From a bacterium (GTDB taxonomy: Bacteria > UBA8248): DNA of 64,000 nt. A program made the translations under genes and the position numbers. The DNA lies in the NCBI GenBank assembly GCA_963692865.2, contig OY843592.1, positions 2,688,001 through 2,752,000 of the forward strand. Reading direction: 5' to 3'. This document shows, one piece after another, positions 55,418-64,000 of this stretch (its first letter is position 1; every line of letters begins with the position of its first letter). The notes below the pieces were generated by a model that saw nothing but the letters and a program-made list of their open reading frames with translations, had not been told where the DNA came from and searched no databases.

Positions 55418-56566
55418 CTAGCCCAGGGCCTGAAGTTTTACGCTCACGCTCATCCGGTTCCCGCCGCGCGTCAGGTGCACCTCCACGACCTCGCCCACCT
55501 TGTGCGCATCGAGCGCGTCCAGCAAATCATCGAGTGAGGAAACGGATTTTTCCCCCACGCCGACAATCACGTCGCCGAGCACGAGGCGGCCTCCCCGGTT
55601 CCTTCCCGTGCCGCGCAGCCCCGCTCCTTCGGCCGCGCTGCCCTTCTGCACGCGAATGATCAGCACGCCCCGTATGCCGAAACGCTCCGCCGTTCCCCTG
55701 TCGGCCACATGGATGCCGAGGCCGGGCCGGATGACGCGGCCGTGGCGAATCAACTGAGGCACCACCCTGTTGACGGTATCCACGGGAACCGCGAAGCCTA
55801 TCCCCGCACTGGAGCCGGAGGGGCTGAAAATGGCGGTGTTGACGCCGATGAGGCGTCCTGCGCTGTCAAGCAGCGGCCCCCCGGAATTGCCCGGATTGAT
55901 CGCGGCGTCGGTCTGGATGACGCCGCTTATCTTGCGGCCCGACACGCCGTCTATCTCGCGTCCCAGGGCGCTGATGATCCCCGTCGTGAGCGTCTGATCC
56001 AGCCCGAAGGGATTGCCGATGGCGAATACCCGCTGGCCCACCTGCAGGTTGGCGGACTGACCGATGGAGATCGGCTTCAGGCGGTTTCTCGGCGCGTTGA
56101 TGAACAAAACCGCCAAATCCTGATCCGGCGACACCCCCACCACGCGCGCGTCCCACTCGGAGTGGTCCGCCAGGGTGACGCGCAAGGCGCTCGCCCCCTG
56201 GATGACGTGAAAGTTCGTGATGACGTGACCCTGATCGTTCCAGACGAAGCCCGAGCCCGTGCCTTGCGGGATTTCGAACAAATTGAGGCTGAACCTGTCG
56301 CGCCTCATCGCCAGCCTCGTGATGTAGACTACAGACGGCGAGGAGAGGCGGAAAAGCTCTATGTTGGATTTCTCCTCGGCGGCGAGGTCCCCTCGCGGGG
56401 TGACGACGCGGGGCACGGCGTCGGGGTCGTGAAGGGCGTCGAAATAACCCCTTGCGAACAGCCATGCGAGAGCGACGCCCAGCAAGAAAACACACCAGAC
56501 GATCCACCGCCATCCGCTGGAATAGGCGGGACCTCCGCGCCTGAACTCACGATCTCCCCCGTTCAT
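55418..56566 (-). CDS. HtrA/DegP-like serine protease with one PDZ domain
   Basis: N-terminal TM, TNFHV, DLAV, GNPFG, INPGNSGGPL; ATGA-coupled to tetR. Confidence 0.95.
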   Translation of the reverse strand: MNGGDREFRRGGPAYSSGWRWIVWCVFLLGVALAWLFARGYFDALHDPDAVPRVVTPRGDLAAEEKSNIELFRLSSPSVVYITRLAMRRDRFSLNLFEIPQGTGSGFVWNDQGHVITNFHVIQGASALRVTLADHSEWDARVVGVSPDQDLAVLFINAPRNRLKPISIGQSANLQVGQRVFAIGNPFGLDQTLTTGIISALGREIDGVSGRKISGVIQTDAAINPGNSGGPLLDSAGRLIGVNTAIFSPSGSSAGIGFAVPVDTVNRVVPQLIRHGRVIRPGLGIHVADRGTAERFGIRGVLIIRVQKGSAAEGAGLRGTGRNRGGRLVLGDVIVGVGEKSVSSLDDLLDALDAHKVGEVVEVHLTRGGNRMSVSVKLQALG

Positions 56567-57195
56567 TTCGACTCCTCTTTCCGCGTCCAAGGCAGGCTCA
56601 TGAAAGCACGCTCACAATCTTCGCGCAAAGACGGCTCATCTCGCGAACACCTCGCGATGATATGCGCGCCCTGGATCTGCGAGAAAAAAGAGCGCGCCTG
56701 CGCGAGCGGATCAAGCTCACTCGGAAGTTCACCCTCCTCCTTGGATTGCGCCAATACGAGAGCGATTCGCTCGAAAACCCCGTCCCAGACTTCATTGAGC
56801 CGCACGCGCATCTCCTCGTCCAGGGCGCTAAGCTCCAATGAGAGGTTCCCGATGGGGCACCCGCAGCACGGGGAATCCTGAATCGGCATACGGGCGTAGG
56901 ATTCCGCCAGTCTTCTCAGCTTCTCACGCCCCCTCGCCTCGATATCAAACGAGGGGGAAAGGTAGTTCTGGTGCAGAAGGGATTCATAATGATCGATGAC
57001 GGATAGCCCCAGGTTCTTCTTGGAGCGAAAAAAATAATACAGACTCCCCCGGTTCACCCGGGCGGCCTGCGCGACCATATCCAACGATGTGGCGTGAAAC
57101 CCTTTGTGATAGACGAGCCGCGCGGCCGCTTCGATGATTTTGCGTTTCGTCGCGGACGCCTTGGGGCCTTTGGGCGCCGCCGTTGCTGCTTTCAT
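56563..57195 (-). CDS. TetR/AcrR regulator (NemR/ComR-like)
   Basis: N-terminal HTH (GF.ATS...GSLYYFF.SK), GCP..NL..EL, GEL. Confidence 0.92.
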   Translation of the reverse strand: MKAATAAPKGPKASATKRKIIEAAARLVYHKGFHATSLDMVAQAARVNRGSLYYFFRSKKNLGLSVIDHYESLLHQNYLSPSFDIEARGREKLRRLAESYARMPIQDSPCCGCPIGNLSLELSALDEEMRVRLNEVWDGVFERIALVLAQSKEEGELPSELDPLAQARSFFSQIQGAHIIARCSRDEPSLREDCERAFMSLPWTRKEESK

Positions 57196-57274
57196 GCGCT
57201 CACGCTCCGATGAGTTGAAAATTCACCTGATAGCAGAAATGCCCGCAAATCAGTCGCAAAGCCATTCTCAGGGT

Positions 57275-57308
57275 AATATAAGTTTTTTTAGTTAGTCAGT
57301 CAACTAAA
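57275..57308 (-). promoter_or_regulatory. sigma70 promoter with overlapping palindromic operator for the tetR-htrA-copA-copZ operon
   Basis: TTGACT-N17-TATATT; TTTAGTT-N8-AACTAAA at 57287-57308 covers the -35. Confidence 0.78.
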
Positions 57309-57345
57309 TTTTGGGCCGCCCATGAGAACCCATCCTGAAAATCCG

Positions 57346-58284
57346 TTACGCCGAGAGTTCCCTTAAGTGCGCGACGACGGAGCGCTCCAATGCGTCGAGG
57401 TTGTACCCGCCCTCGAGCAGGCAGACGAGACGCCCCTCGCGAAGGCTTTCGGAAAGCGCCTTCACGCACCCGGTCAGGCGGGCGAACCCGGCTTCGGTGA
57501 TCATCAGCCCCCCGAGCGGGTCGTCCCGGTGCGCGTCGAATCCCGCCGATACGACGATAGCCTCCGGCCCGTGCGCCTTAATGGCCGGGATGACGCTCTG
57601 CTCAAATCTCAAGAGGTATTCCTCTTCGGGCGTTCCCGCCGCGACGGGAATGTTGAGCGTCTTGCCCTCCCCGGCGCCTTCTCCCGTTTCGTTCGCAAGG
57701 CCCGTTCCCGGGTAGTGGGGATGCTGATGCAAGGAGACGAAAAAAACGTCCGGGTCGCGCCAGAAGATATCCTGCGTGCCGTTTCCGTGGTGTACGTCCC
57801 AATCCACGACGGCGATTTTTTGGAGGCGGTGTCTTTCCTGTAGATACCGGACCAGGATGGAGGCCGTAGCAAAGAGGCAGAAACCCATGGATTGATGAGG
57901 CAAGGCGTGGTGGCCCGGCGGCCTGGCGGCGCAAAAGGCGTTATCGGCCTCTCCCCCCACGACGGCGTCCGCCGCGCTCAGGGCCGCATCCACGGAGGCC
58001 AAGGCGGCCTCATAGCTTCCGGGGCCGGCCGGCGTGTCTCCGCCGTCCAGAATGCACCTGCCCCCCGCGCACGCCTCTCGCACGAAGCGGTGGTGTGATT
58101 CCTCGTGCACCTTCAAGACCCACTCCTCAGCGTCGTGAGGCTTAATCTCCATGTGTTCGAGTGAGGGAACTTGCGGGAGAATTCTCTCAGGAGCGAGACG
58201 TCTGGCGCGCTCGACGTTTTCCACATGCCGGCCGTTGTCGTGCAGGAGCGATTCGGGCGTCCAGAAGTACGCGGTCCGGCTCAA
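57346..58284 (-). CDS. histone deacetylase family protein
   Basis: RPPGHH, GFC, DWDVHHGNGTQ, YPGTG, SAGFD, EGGY. Confidence 0.95.
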   Translation of the reverse strand: MSRTAYFWTPESLLHDNGRHVENVERARRLAPERILPQVPSLEHMEIKPHDAEEWVLKVHEESHHRFVREACAGGRCILDGGDTPAGPGSYEAALASVDAALSAADAVVGGEADNAFCAARPPGHHALPHQSMGFCLFATASILVRYLQERHRLQKIAVVDWDVHHGNGTQDIFWRDPDVFFVSLHQHPHYPGTGLANETGEGAGEGKTLNIPVAAGTPEEEYLLRFEQSVIPAIKAHGPEAIVVSAGFDAHRDDPLGGLMITEAGFARLTGCVKALSESLREGRLVCLLEGGYNLDALERSVVAHLRELSA

Positions 58285-58605
58285 TGGAGTCTCACCCTTG
58301 GATCGAGAACGGAATACATCAAGTCAACAACCAGGCTCAAAGACACGAAAATCCGGGCGGTGATGGTCACCGAGGCCCGCACCAAGAGAAAATCCTTGGC
58401 GTAGAAGGCCTGAATCAAGAGCCTCCCCACGCCCGGCCAATAGAGAAAAGACCATCAACAGGACGAGAAAAGCGCCGCCGAACATGGCCGGTTCGGCGCG
58501 CATCATGCTTCGGCGGAATTTCATCCGCCCGAGCTTCGATTCCGGCATCATCGGGTATTCATCCGCATCAAAAGCCGTTTCGGGCATTTCCGTTTGTTCC
58601 GGCAT
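58281..58605 (-). pseudogene. collapsed peptide ABC permease remnant (DppC-like N-terminus joined out of frame to DppB-like C-terminus)
   Basis: 58605-58440 reads ...KFRRSMMRAEPAMFGGAFLVLLMVFSL; 58439-58281, in another frame, reads WPGVGRLLIQAFYAKDF...VDLMYSVLDPRVRLH*. Confidence 0.75.
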
Positions 58606-58814
58606 TCATGAACGCTCGCGCCTCGGCGGCATATTTTGAGGGCTGAGACGCGCGTATCCTAGCATAGCGCGGGGCGTGCTGTAGAAGCAGCCGGAGCGAG
58701 ACCGCCATTTCCCGAAACGCGGAATCATCGCTCGATATCGGCTGAGCCATCGAATCAGAACCGCCTGTTTCTGATTTTGGAACCCGCTGCGCATCGCCGG
58801 GCGATGCCCAACAA

Positions 58815-59012
58815 ATGAAGGTGTTTTTGTCCCGCCGGCCGAGAGCCGATTTCAACGACGTGCCGATCTCCGCCGTTCCGCAAGGTTCGACGATCGGCCT
58901 CCAGGGTCTGCGCGCGGTCGATTCGATCACCGTGGAAAACATCGTCCCCCTCGATTTCCTCATCGCTTGCGACTACGGGCTCGACGGGTCCGAACGGGTC
59001 AAGCGCCTGTAA
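58815..59012 (+). CDS. small hypothetical protein or gene remnant, 65 aa
   Basis: Strong GC bias at third codon positions in this frame; weak RBS. Confidence 0.45.
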   Translation: MKVFLSRRPRADFNDVPISAVPQGSTIGLQGLRAVDSITVENIVPLDFLIACDYGLDGSERVKRL

Positions 59013-59254
59013 TAAAGGCTTCATCCGGCGAGGTTACCGCCCGAGCGACGCTCAGTACCAGGGTGAAATCCCGGGCGCTTGCTCCCCCCCGGCGAAAGGC
59101 ATCATAGTAGAGCCGAGGGACGCGTTTTGTAAGCCGGAGGGCGGTTCGTCCATATCTGAAGGGGAGGCGGAACAGTTATCCCCGTATGCCCGGGAAATAA
59201 TAAAAACTTTCACGCGCCGCCCCGCGCTTTCTCCCGCTTAGGACATCGTGGAAA

Positions 59255-60424
59255 TTGAAAACAGACTTTTTCGCATCCACCGCACGAGGATTGTTCCTGT
59301 CGCCGGAAAGCCCGTATGCGTTTCAGGCGGATATCACGCCCGACCCCAGGCCCGTTCCCTCCAACGGGATCGCCCTGGGTGAAGTCGTCGACGTCCCCGA
59401 GGATCCTCCCGTTGCTTGCATCGAGACGCTGGAAGCCCTCCAGGGGATCCAAAGCGCCTGGAAGACGAGCGAAACGAAGTTGCGCGAAAAAATGAACGTG
59501 CTCGTAACGATCGGCGGGCGCCATGCGAATCGCAGCGTTTCGGGGCGCGAGCCGGACTCTCCCCCGGAGCCCGGGGCCGTACTCGACCTGCTGAACGTCG
59601 GCGGCGTTTGCGGGGTTTGCGTGAAGCCCGAGACGCCGTGCGTGAAGATAGAGGTGCGGGGGAGCGTCCCGGTACGAGATGAACCCGCCCTCCTTTCCCG
59701 TCTTCCCACCATTCCCGACACCCGGTGCCCCGTCGATGAAGAGGGAATTCCCCGCGCGCCCATCGTCCTGATAGTCGGCTCCGGGGCGGACGTGGGCAAA
59801 ACGACCTGCGCGTCTTCTCTCGCCTCCGCCCTGCACTCCTCGGGCATCCACGCCTCATACGTGAAATTGACCGGAACGGGACACATGCGGGATCTCATGC
59901 AGGTGAACTACGGAAGACCGCTCGGGTTCTTCGACTCCGCGAGGCTCGGCTGGGACTTCGTCGATGCGGGCCTCGCCTCCACGTGCGGCGTCTCGGGAAG
60001 CAAAGTCAGGCGATGCGCCCGCAATCTGCTTCGCCACGCCTGCGCGAAGGCGGAGGTCGTCATCGCGGAACTGGCGGATTCACCCTCCTCGGACGCCAGC
60101 CTCCACGTGGCGAGCGACCTCTGGGTCAAGAACTGGCTCTCGCGCCGAGGGCTGATCATCTGCGCATGCGATACGCTGGAATCAACGCTCATCGTCCACT
60201 GGATCCGAAGCCACCTGGACGTGGAGGAGGAAAACATGCTCATTTCCGGAAAGCTCGCCAACGAAGCGCACGCGCGCGAGGAGGCGCACCGCATGACGGG
60301 GATACGGGCCCTCGGTTGCACCGCTCCGAATCCCTCCTCCCTCGCAGGCGAGAAGGCCGTGGGCGGCGCCATTGCGGACTGGGTGGTCAAACACTTCATG
60401 CGCCAGCGCAAGTCGGTGTTTTAG
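59255..60424 (+). CDS. DUF1611-like P-loop protein
   Basis: DLLN.GG..G, GSGADVGKTT, KLTGTG..RD, DFVDAGL.ST, ELAD, ISG. Confidence 0.72.
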   Translation: MKTDFFASTARGLFLSPESPYAFQADITPDPRPVPSNGIALGEVVDVPEDPPVACIETLEALQGIQSAWKTSETKLREKMNVLVTIGGRHANRSVSGREPDSPPEPGAVLDLLNVGGVCGVCVKPETPCVKIEVRGSVPVRDEPALLSRLPTIPDTRCPVDEEGIPRAPIVLIVGSGADVGKTTCASSLASALHSSGIHASYVKLTGTGHMRDLMQVNYGRPLGFFDSARLGWDFVDAGLASTCGVSGSKVRRCARNLLRHACAKAEVVIAELADSPSSDASLHVASDLWVKNWLSRRGLIICACDTLESTLIVHWIRSHLDVEEENMLISGKLANEAHAREEAHRMTGIRALGCTAPNPSSLAGEKAVGGAIADWVVKHFMRQRKSVF

Positions 60425-60565
60425 TCATCGAGAGCGAAACACCAGCTTCACGCAAAACATCAGACCATCCCCTGATCGAGTGAGAACCTTGTCTCTACCT
60501 CGCCCGCATCGCCAGGGGCCGGAACGAACAGCCTGAGGACAAGGCGGGCGCGGGGGGTGAACGCG

Positions 60566-60646
60566 GGCGTGTTGAAAAACTCTCGCCGCGGGGCGTCGCT
60601 TTTACCCCCCAGACAACGGGGGACAGGGAGGCTTTTTCAACAGCCT
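60566..60646. mobile_element. short (~80 bp) MITE-like element with the same terminal repeat family as 5185-5534
   Basis: GGCGTGTTGAAAAA ... TTTTTCAACAGCC. Confidence 0.55.
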
Positions 60647-60744
60647 CGCGCCCGACGCCTTCTGTATGAACCACCTCGTGTTTTCAGCGCATTCTCCCCA
60701 TCTTCGGGTGGGTTCACGCTGAATCAAAACTATCCGCTCTGCGG

Positions 60745-60773
60745 TTGACGCCCGCCCTGCCCCTACCTATAAT
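60745..60773 (+). promoter_or_regulatory. sigma70 promoter of the multiheme cytochrome gene
   Basis: TTGACG-N17-TATAAT. Confidence 0.85.
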
Positions 60774-60820
60774 CAGCCGGATTTTAGCCGAGAAACCCGG
60801 AATTTCCGCTCAGAACGCCG

Positions 60821-63754
60821 GTGGGGGAGCGTTTTTTCAAGATGCAAGGTCGAGACTTCAAACCTCCGGAAGAGAAAACCAGTCCTATCCCGTTTTTCAT
60901 CCTGGGCCTCTTCATGGTCGCGGTGACGTTTTGGACCGTCTGGGACGAGGCGTTCACGCGCAGACCCTGGAAGCAATACCAGAAACAGTTCAACGCCTAT
61001 GAAAAAGCCCAGGCGGAGAAAGAACTCGCCAAGCTCAAGAAAACCACCGGCTCCGCGGTCGCCGAACTCGACAAGAAAATCGCCGAGCAACAACAAAAAC
61101 TCGCAGGCGACGAAGAACTCGAGAAGCTCAAGGAAGAACTCACGAAGAGCGAACTCGACGCTTTCGAGCAGGTGCAGGAGCTCGGCTTCAGGAAGGCGCT
61201 CTTCGACCAGTCCTACTTCTACCTCCAGGAAGCCATTCGGCAGGGGCACGACAAAGAAACCGAGCAAAAGGAAGTCGCCGAGGCACAAGCCCTGCTCGAT
61301 GAGATAACGCCCGTCGCGGCGAAGGCCGAAGCCGCCAGGGACGCGATAAAGGCGAAGATTGAGACCAAGGAAAAAGAGTTGAAAACGCTCCAGGCGAGGC
61401 GGCGGAAAGTTGCGGGCGATATTTCCTTCCAGGAGCGGCGGCTGAAAGGCATCGCCGCCCGCCCTTATGAGATCAGCCAACTCGTCCTTCGCGAATACGA
61501 GCGCAACAATTTCAACGAACCCGTGATGAAGGTGGAGCGGTGCCAGACCTGTCACCTGGGCATCAACCGGGCGGGCTTCGAGGATGCGCCCCAGCCGTTC
61601 CGCACGCACCCGAACAGGCGCCTCTATCTCTCGAAGCACGAATTCAACAAGGTCGGCTGCACGCTTTGCCACGGCGGCCAGGGAACGGCCGTCACCAGCC
61701 TCGATACGGCCCACGGCCACGTGCAATTCTGGGAAGACCCCCTCCTGCACGGCAGCGAAACGCAAACCAAGTGCAGAAGCTGCCACACCGAGATATTCAA
61801 CATCCCGGAGGCTCCGCAAATCTCGCGCGGCATCTCGCTCACCCGGGAACTCGGCTGCAACGGCTGCCATACCCTCCCGGGCACGGAAGGTTTGCGCAAG
61901 GTGGGGCCGGACCTCTCGAGAATCCAGGAGAAGGTGGCGCCCGCCTGGCTCGTCTCCTGGATCAAGAAACCGAAAGACTACAACCCGCGCACCCGTATGC
62001 CGTATTTCAGCTTCACCGATCAGGAATCGCTCGACATCGCCACCTACGTCTGGCGGCAAGGCCCGCGCAAGGCGGAACCGGCCGCATTCCCGAAGCTGGA
62101 CGACGCCGCCCTGGCTCAAAAAGGCAAAACCATCTTCGAGGAAACCGGGTGCCTGGGCTGCCACATCCGCGATGCAAAAGACCTGGAGCCCGGCCCCCCG
62201 ATCGAGGGCGTGAACGGCAGGCCCATCGTGTACAGGAACCGCGATTTCGCGCCGGCGCTCCAGAACATCGGCGCCAAGGTACAGCCCGACTGGCTGTTCC
62301 GCTGGCTCAAGAACCCCAAGGCGTACTGGCACGACACCAAGATGCCGAGCCTCCGCCTCACGGACGAGGAGGCGAGCGCTGTCACCGCCTACCTCGTCGG
62401 CCTCACGCCCCCTTCGAAACGGCCGAAGCCCCGGAAACTCGGAGATGACGCCTCCTATGAGCGGGGCAAGAAGCTCGTAGCCACGCGCGGTTGTTTCGGC
62501 TGCCACGTCATCCCCGGCACCGAGAAGCTCTCCAAGATCGGGCCGGACCTGACGCGCTTCGCCGCCAAAAAGCCGTTCGAGCTCTCCTTCGGCAACGTGG
62601 TGGACATGCCCCACACATGGGAGGCGTGGACGTTCGGCAAGCTCAAGAACCCGCAACTCTACCAGACGGAGCGCGAGACGCTGCTCATGCCGAACTTCGA
62701 GTTCTCGGACCCGGAGGTGACGGCCATTCGCACCCTGCTGCGCTCCATGACGCCGCACGGCGCGCCGCACAGCGTCCACCAGGTGCTCGACACCCGCGCC
62801 CGTCGAATCGAAAACGGCCGCCGGATGATCGAGAAATACAACTGCAACGGCTGCCACGTCATCGAGAACTGGGGCGGCGACCTGCTCAGACGCTATGAGG
62901 ACAAGACGAACGGCCCGCCCCTGCTGAACGGCGAGGGAAGAAAGGTGCAGCCCGAGTGGTTCTTCGGCTTCCTGCGCAACGTCGTTACGCTGAGGCCGTG
63001 GCTCAAGGTGCGGATGCCCAGCTTCGAGATGCCCGATGAAGACGCCGCGGCGCTCGTGGATTACTTCGCCGCGCTGGACTCGAAACTGAACCCCTACATC
63101 CATTTCGACGCCAAGAGCGTGAGCGCGGAAAACCTGAAGATCGGAAAACAACTCTTTACGATGGCCGAATGTCTCGCATGTCACGGAGAGTGGCCGCCGC
63201 CGCCGGGGCAGGAGCCGCCGACGGCGCCCAACCTCTTGTTTTCCAAGGACCGCCTGCGCCCCGACTGGGTAGTCGACTGGTTGGTTTATCCGGGCAGAAT
63301 CCAGCCCGGCACCAAGATGCCCAACTTCTTCGAGGGCGCGGGTTCGGTGGCCGAAATCGTCAAGGGCGTCCAGGGAGAGAAGGAAGACGACCTGTTCATC
63401 TACGAGCTCGAAGCCACGAAGGAAGCCGAGTTGCCTGAAGAGCAATTCGCCACCCTGCGCGCCGGCGGCATTACGCAACGCGTGAAGGTGACGGGGATCG
63501 ACGAGAAAAAGATCACCATTTCCTCGCCCGTCGACTTCGGTAAAACCCTCGACAAGGGAACGCTGGAGAGCCACGGCGAGCCCATCAGCGAGGAACTCCT
63601 CGAGGGAGACGGTTACCGGCAAATCCGCGCGATTCGCGATTACCTGATGCTCGAGACGAATTTCCTGAAACCCGGCGAACCAAGCGCGAAGAACGAAGCG
63701 CCCCAAACCGAAAAACCCGATAAAGAGGCCAAGAGCGAGGCTTCGCCGAGCTAA
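60821..63754 (+). CDS. membrane-anchored octaheme cytochrome c
   Basis: One N-terminal TM, long coiled coil, eight CxxCH motifs (CQTCH, CTLCH, CRSCH, CNGCH, CLGCH, CFGCH, CNGCH, CLACH). Confidence 0.93.
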   Translation: MGERFFKMQGRDFKPPEEKTSPIPFFILGLFMVAVTFWTVWDEAFTRRPWKQYQKQFNAYEKAQAEKELAKLKKTTGSAVAELDKKIAEQQQKLAGDEELEKLKEELTKSELDAFEQVQELGFRKALFDQSYFYLQEAIRQGHDKETEQKEVAEAQALLDEITPVAAKAEAARDAIKAKIETKEKELKTLQARRRKVAGDISFQERRLKGIAARPYEISQLVLREYERNNFNEPVMKVERCQTCHLGINRAGFEDAPQPFRTHPNRRLYLSKHEFNKVGCTLCHGGQGTAVTSLDTAHGHVQFWEDPLLHGSETQTKCRSCHTEIFNIPEAPQISRGISLTRELGCNGCHTLPGTEGLRKVGPDLSRIQEKVAPAWLVSWIKKPKDYNPRTRMPYFSFTDQESLDIATYVWRQGPRKAEPAAFPKLDDAALAQKGKTIFEETGCLGCHIRDAKDLEPGPPIEGVNGRPIVYRNRDFAPALQNIGAKVQPDWLFRWLKNPKAYWHDTKMPSLRLTDEEASAVTAYLVGLTPPSKRPKPRKLGDDASYERGKKLVATRGCFGCHVIPGTEKLSKIGPDLTRFAAKKPFELSFGNVVDMPHTWEAWTFGKLKNPQLYQTERETLLMPNFEFSDPEVTAIRTLLRSMTPHGAPHSVHQVLDTRARRIENGRRMIEKYNCNGCHVIENWGGDLLRRYEDKTNGPPLLNGEGRKVQPEWFFGFLRNVVTLRPWLKVRMPSFEMPDEDAAALVDYFAALDSKLNPYIHFDAKSVSAENLKIGKQLFTMAECLACHGEWPPPPGQEPPTAPNLLFSKDRLRPDWVVDWLVYPGRIQPGTKMPNFFEGAGSVAEIVKGVQGEKEDDLFIYELEATKEAELPEEQFATLRAGGITQRVKVTGIDEKKITISSPVDFGKTLDKGTLESHGEPISEELLEGDGYRQIRAIRDYLMLETNFLKPGEPSAKNEAPQTEKPDKEAKSEASPS

Positions 63755-63770
63755 CAGGCAAACCCGACAC

Positions 63771-63804
63771 AAAAAAGAAGCGCCTCGAACGGGGCGCTTC
63801 TTTT
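63771..63804. terminator. bidirectional rho-independent terminator
   Basis: AAAAGAAGCGCC(TC)...(GG)GGCGCTTCTTTT between convergent genes. Confidence 0.85.
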
Positions 63805-64000
63805 ACGCCTTTTTTCGCCTCGCCCGCTCCTCGTTCACGCGCCTGTGGGCGGCGCGTATCACCTCCGGCAGACGGAATCGGGAAGTGGCCGCAAGCACCC
63901 AGCGAACCGAGTCTTCGATGTCGATGAGGTGACCGGGCGAGACGTACACGGGCTTGACTCCCCGCCTCGTCCTGAGGACGGCGCCTATCTTCCGCCCACC
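63803..64000 (-). CDS. nfi: endonuclease V, C-terminal part (5' end outside window)
   Basis: Not in ORF track: ...IGAVLRTRRGVKPVYVSPGHLID...RFRLPEVIRAAH...*. Confidence 0.92.
   Translation of the reverse strand, partial: GGRKIGAVLRTRRGVKPVYVSPGHLIDIEDSVRWVLAATSRFRLPEVIRAAHRRVNEERARRKKA

Noticed and set aside
58324-58605. 93-aa ORF as an intact membrane protein
   Set aside because: Better explained as a chimeric permease remnant; its 3' half is out of frame with the recognisable DppB-like sequence
59059-59073. FMN-riboswitch-like CAGGGTGAAATCCCG
   Set aside because: Remaining FMN aptamer motifs are absent and no flavin gene follows
60773-63772. 999-aa minus-strand ORF
   Set aside because: Codon-aligned antisense shadow of the octaheme cytochrome; no motifs, and the promoter supports the plus strand
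1-64000. CRISPR array, prophage, integron or recognisable anti-phage system
   Set aside because: No regularly spaced direct repeats, integrase, transposase, phage structural or known defence genes seen by eye

Overview
High-GC bacterial chromosomal window, densely coding, with no rRNA, tRNA, CRISPR array or intact transposase. Left to right: 5' part of a UvrD/PcrA helicase; miaB-DUF151 nuclease-histidine phosphatase operon; orphan 2-oxoacid oxidoreductase gamma-like gene; nested palindromic MITE/REP element; GHL10 lipoprotein; HU followed by a 6S-like structured RNA; Fe/polyamine-type ABC importer with two ATPases and a CapA-family hydrolase; an 11-gene System I cytochrome c maturation (ccm) operon with variant CcmE/CcmH motifs; ilvC; a delta-9 desaturase with an Ala-rich tail; a ~16 kb catabolic region (hydrolase, SDRs, a three-domain Rid protein, LIV-type ABC importer, OYE, atypical Zn-dehydrogenase, LDH2-family enzymes flanking a split UxaA/SuyAB-like lyase); a DUF3090/SCO1664-like pair; a TetR-HtrA-CopA-CopZ operon; an HDAC coupled to a collapsed peptide-permease pseudogene; a DUF1611-like P-loop protein; a stand-alone octaheme cytochrome c; and the 3' end of endonuclease V. 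Gene content suggests a diderm heterotroph, possibly Nitrospinota/Tectomicrobia-like (inference only). All family calls come from recognising motifs by eye; no database search was run.
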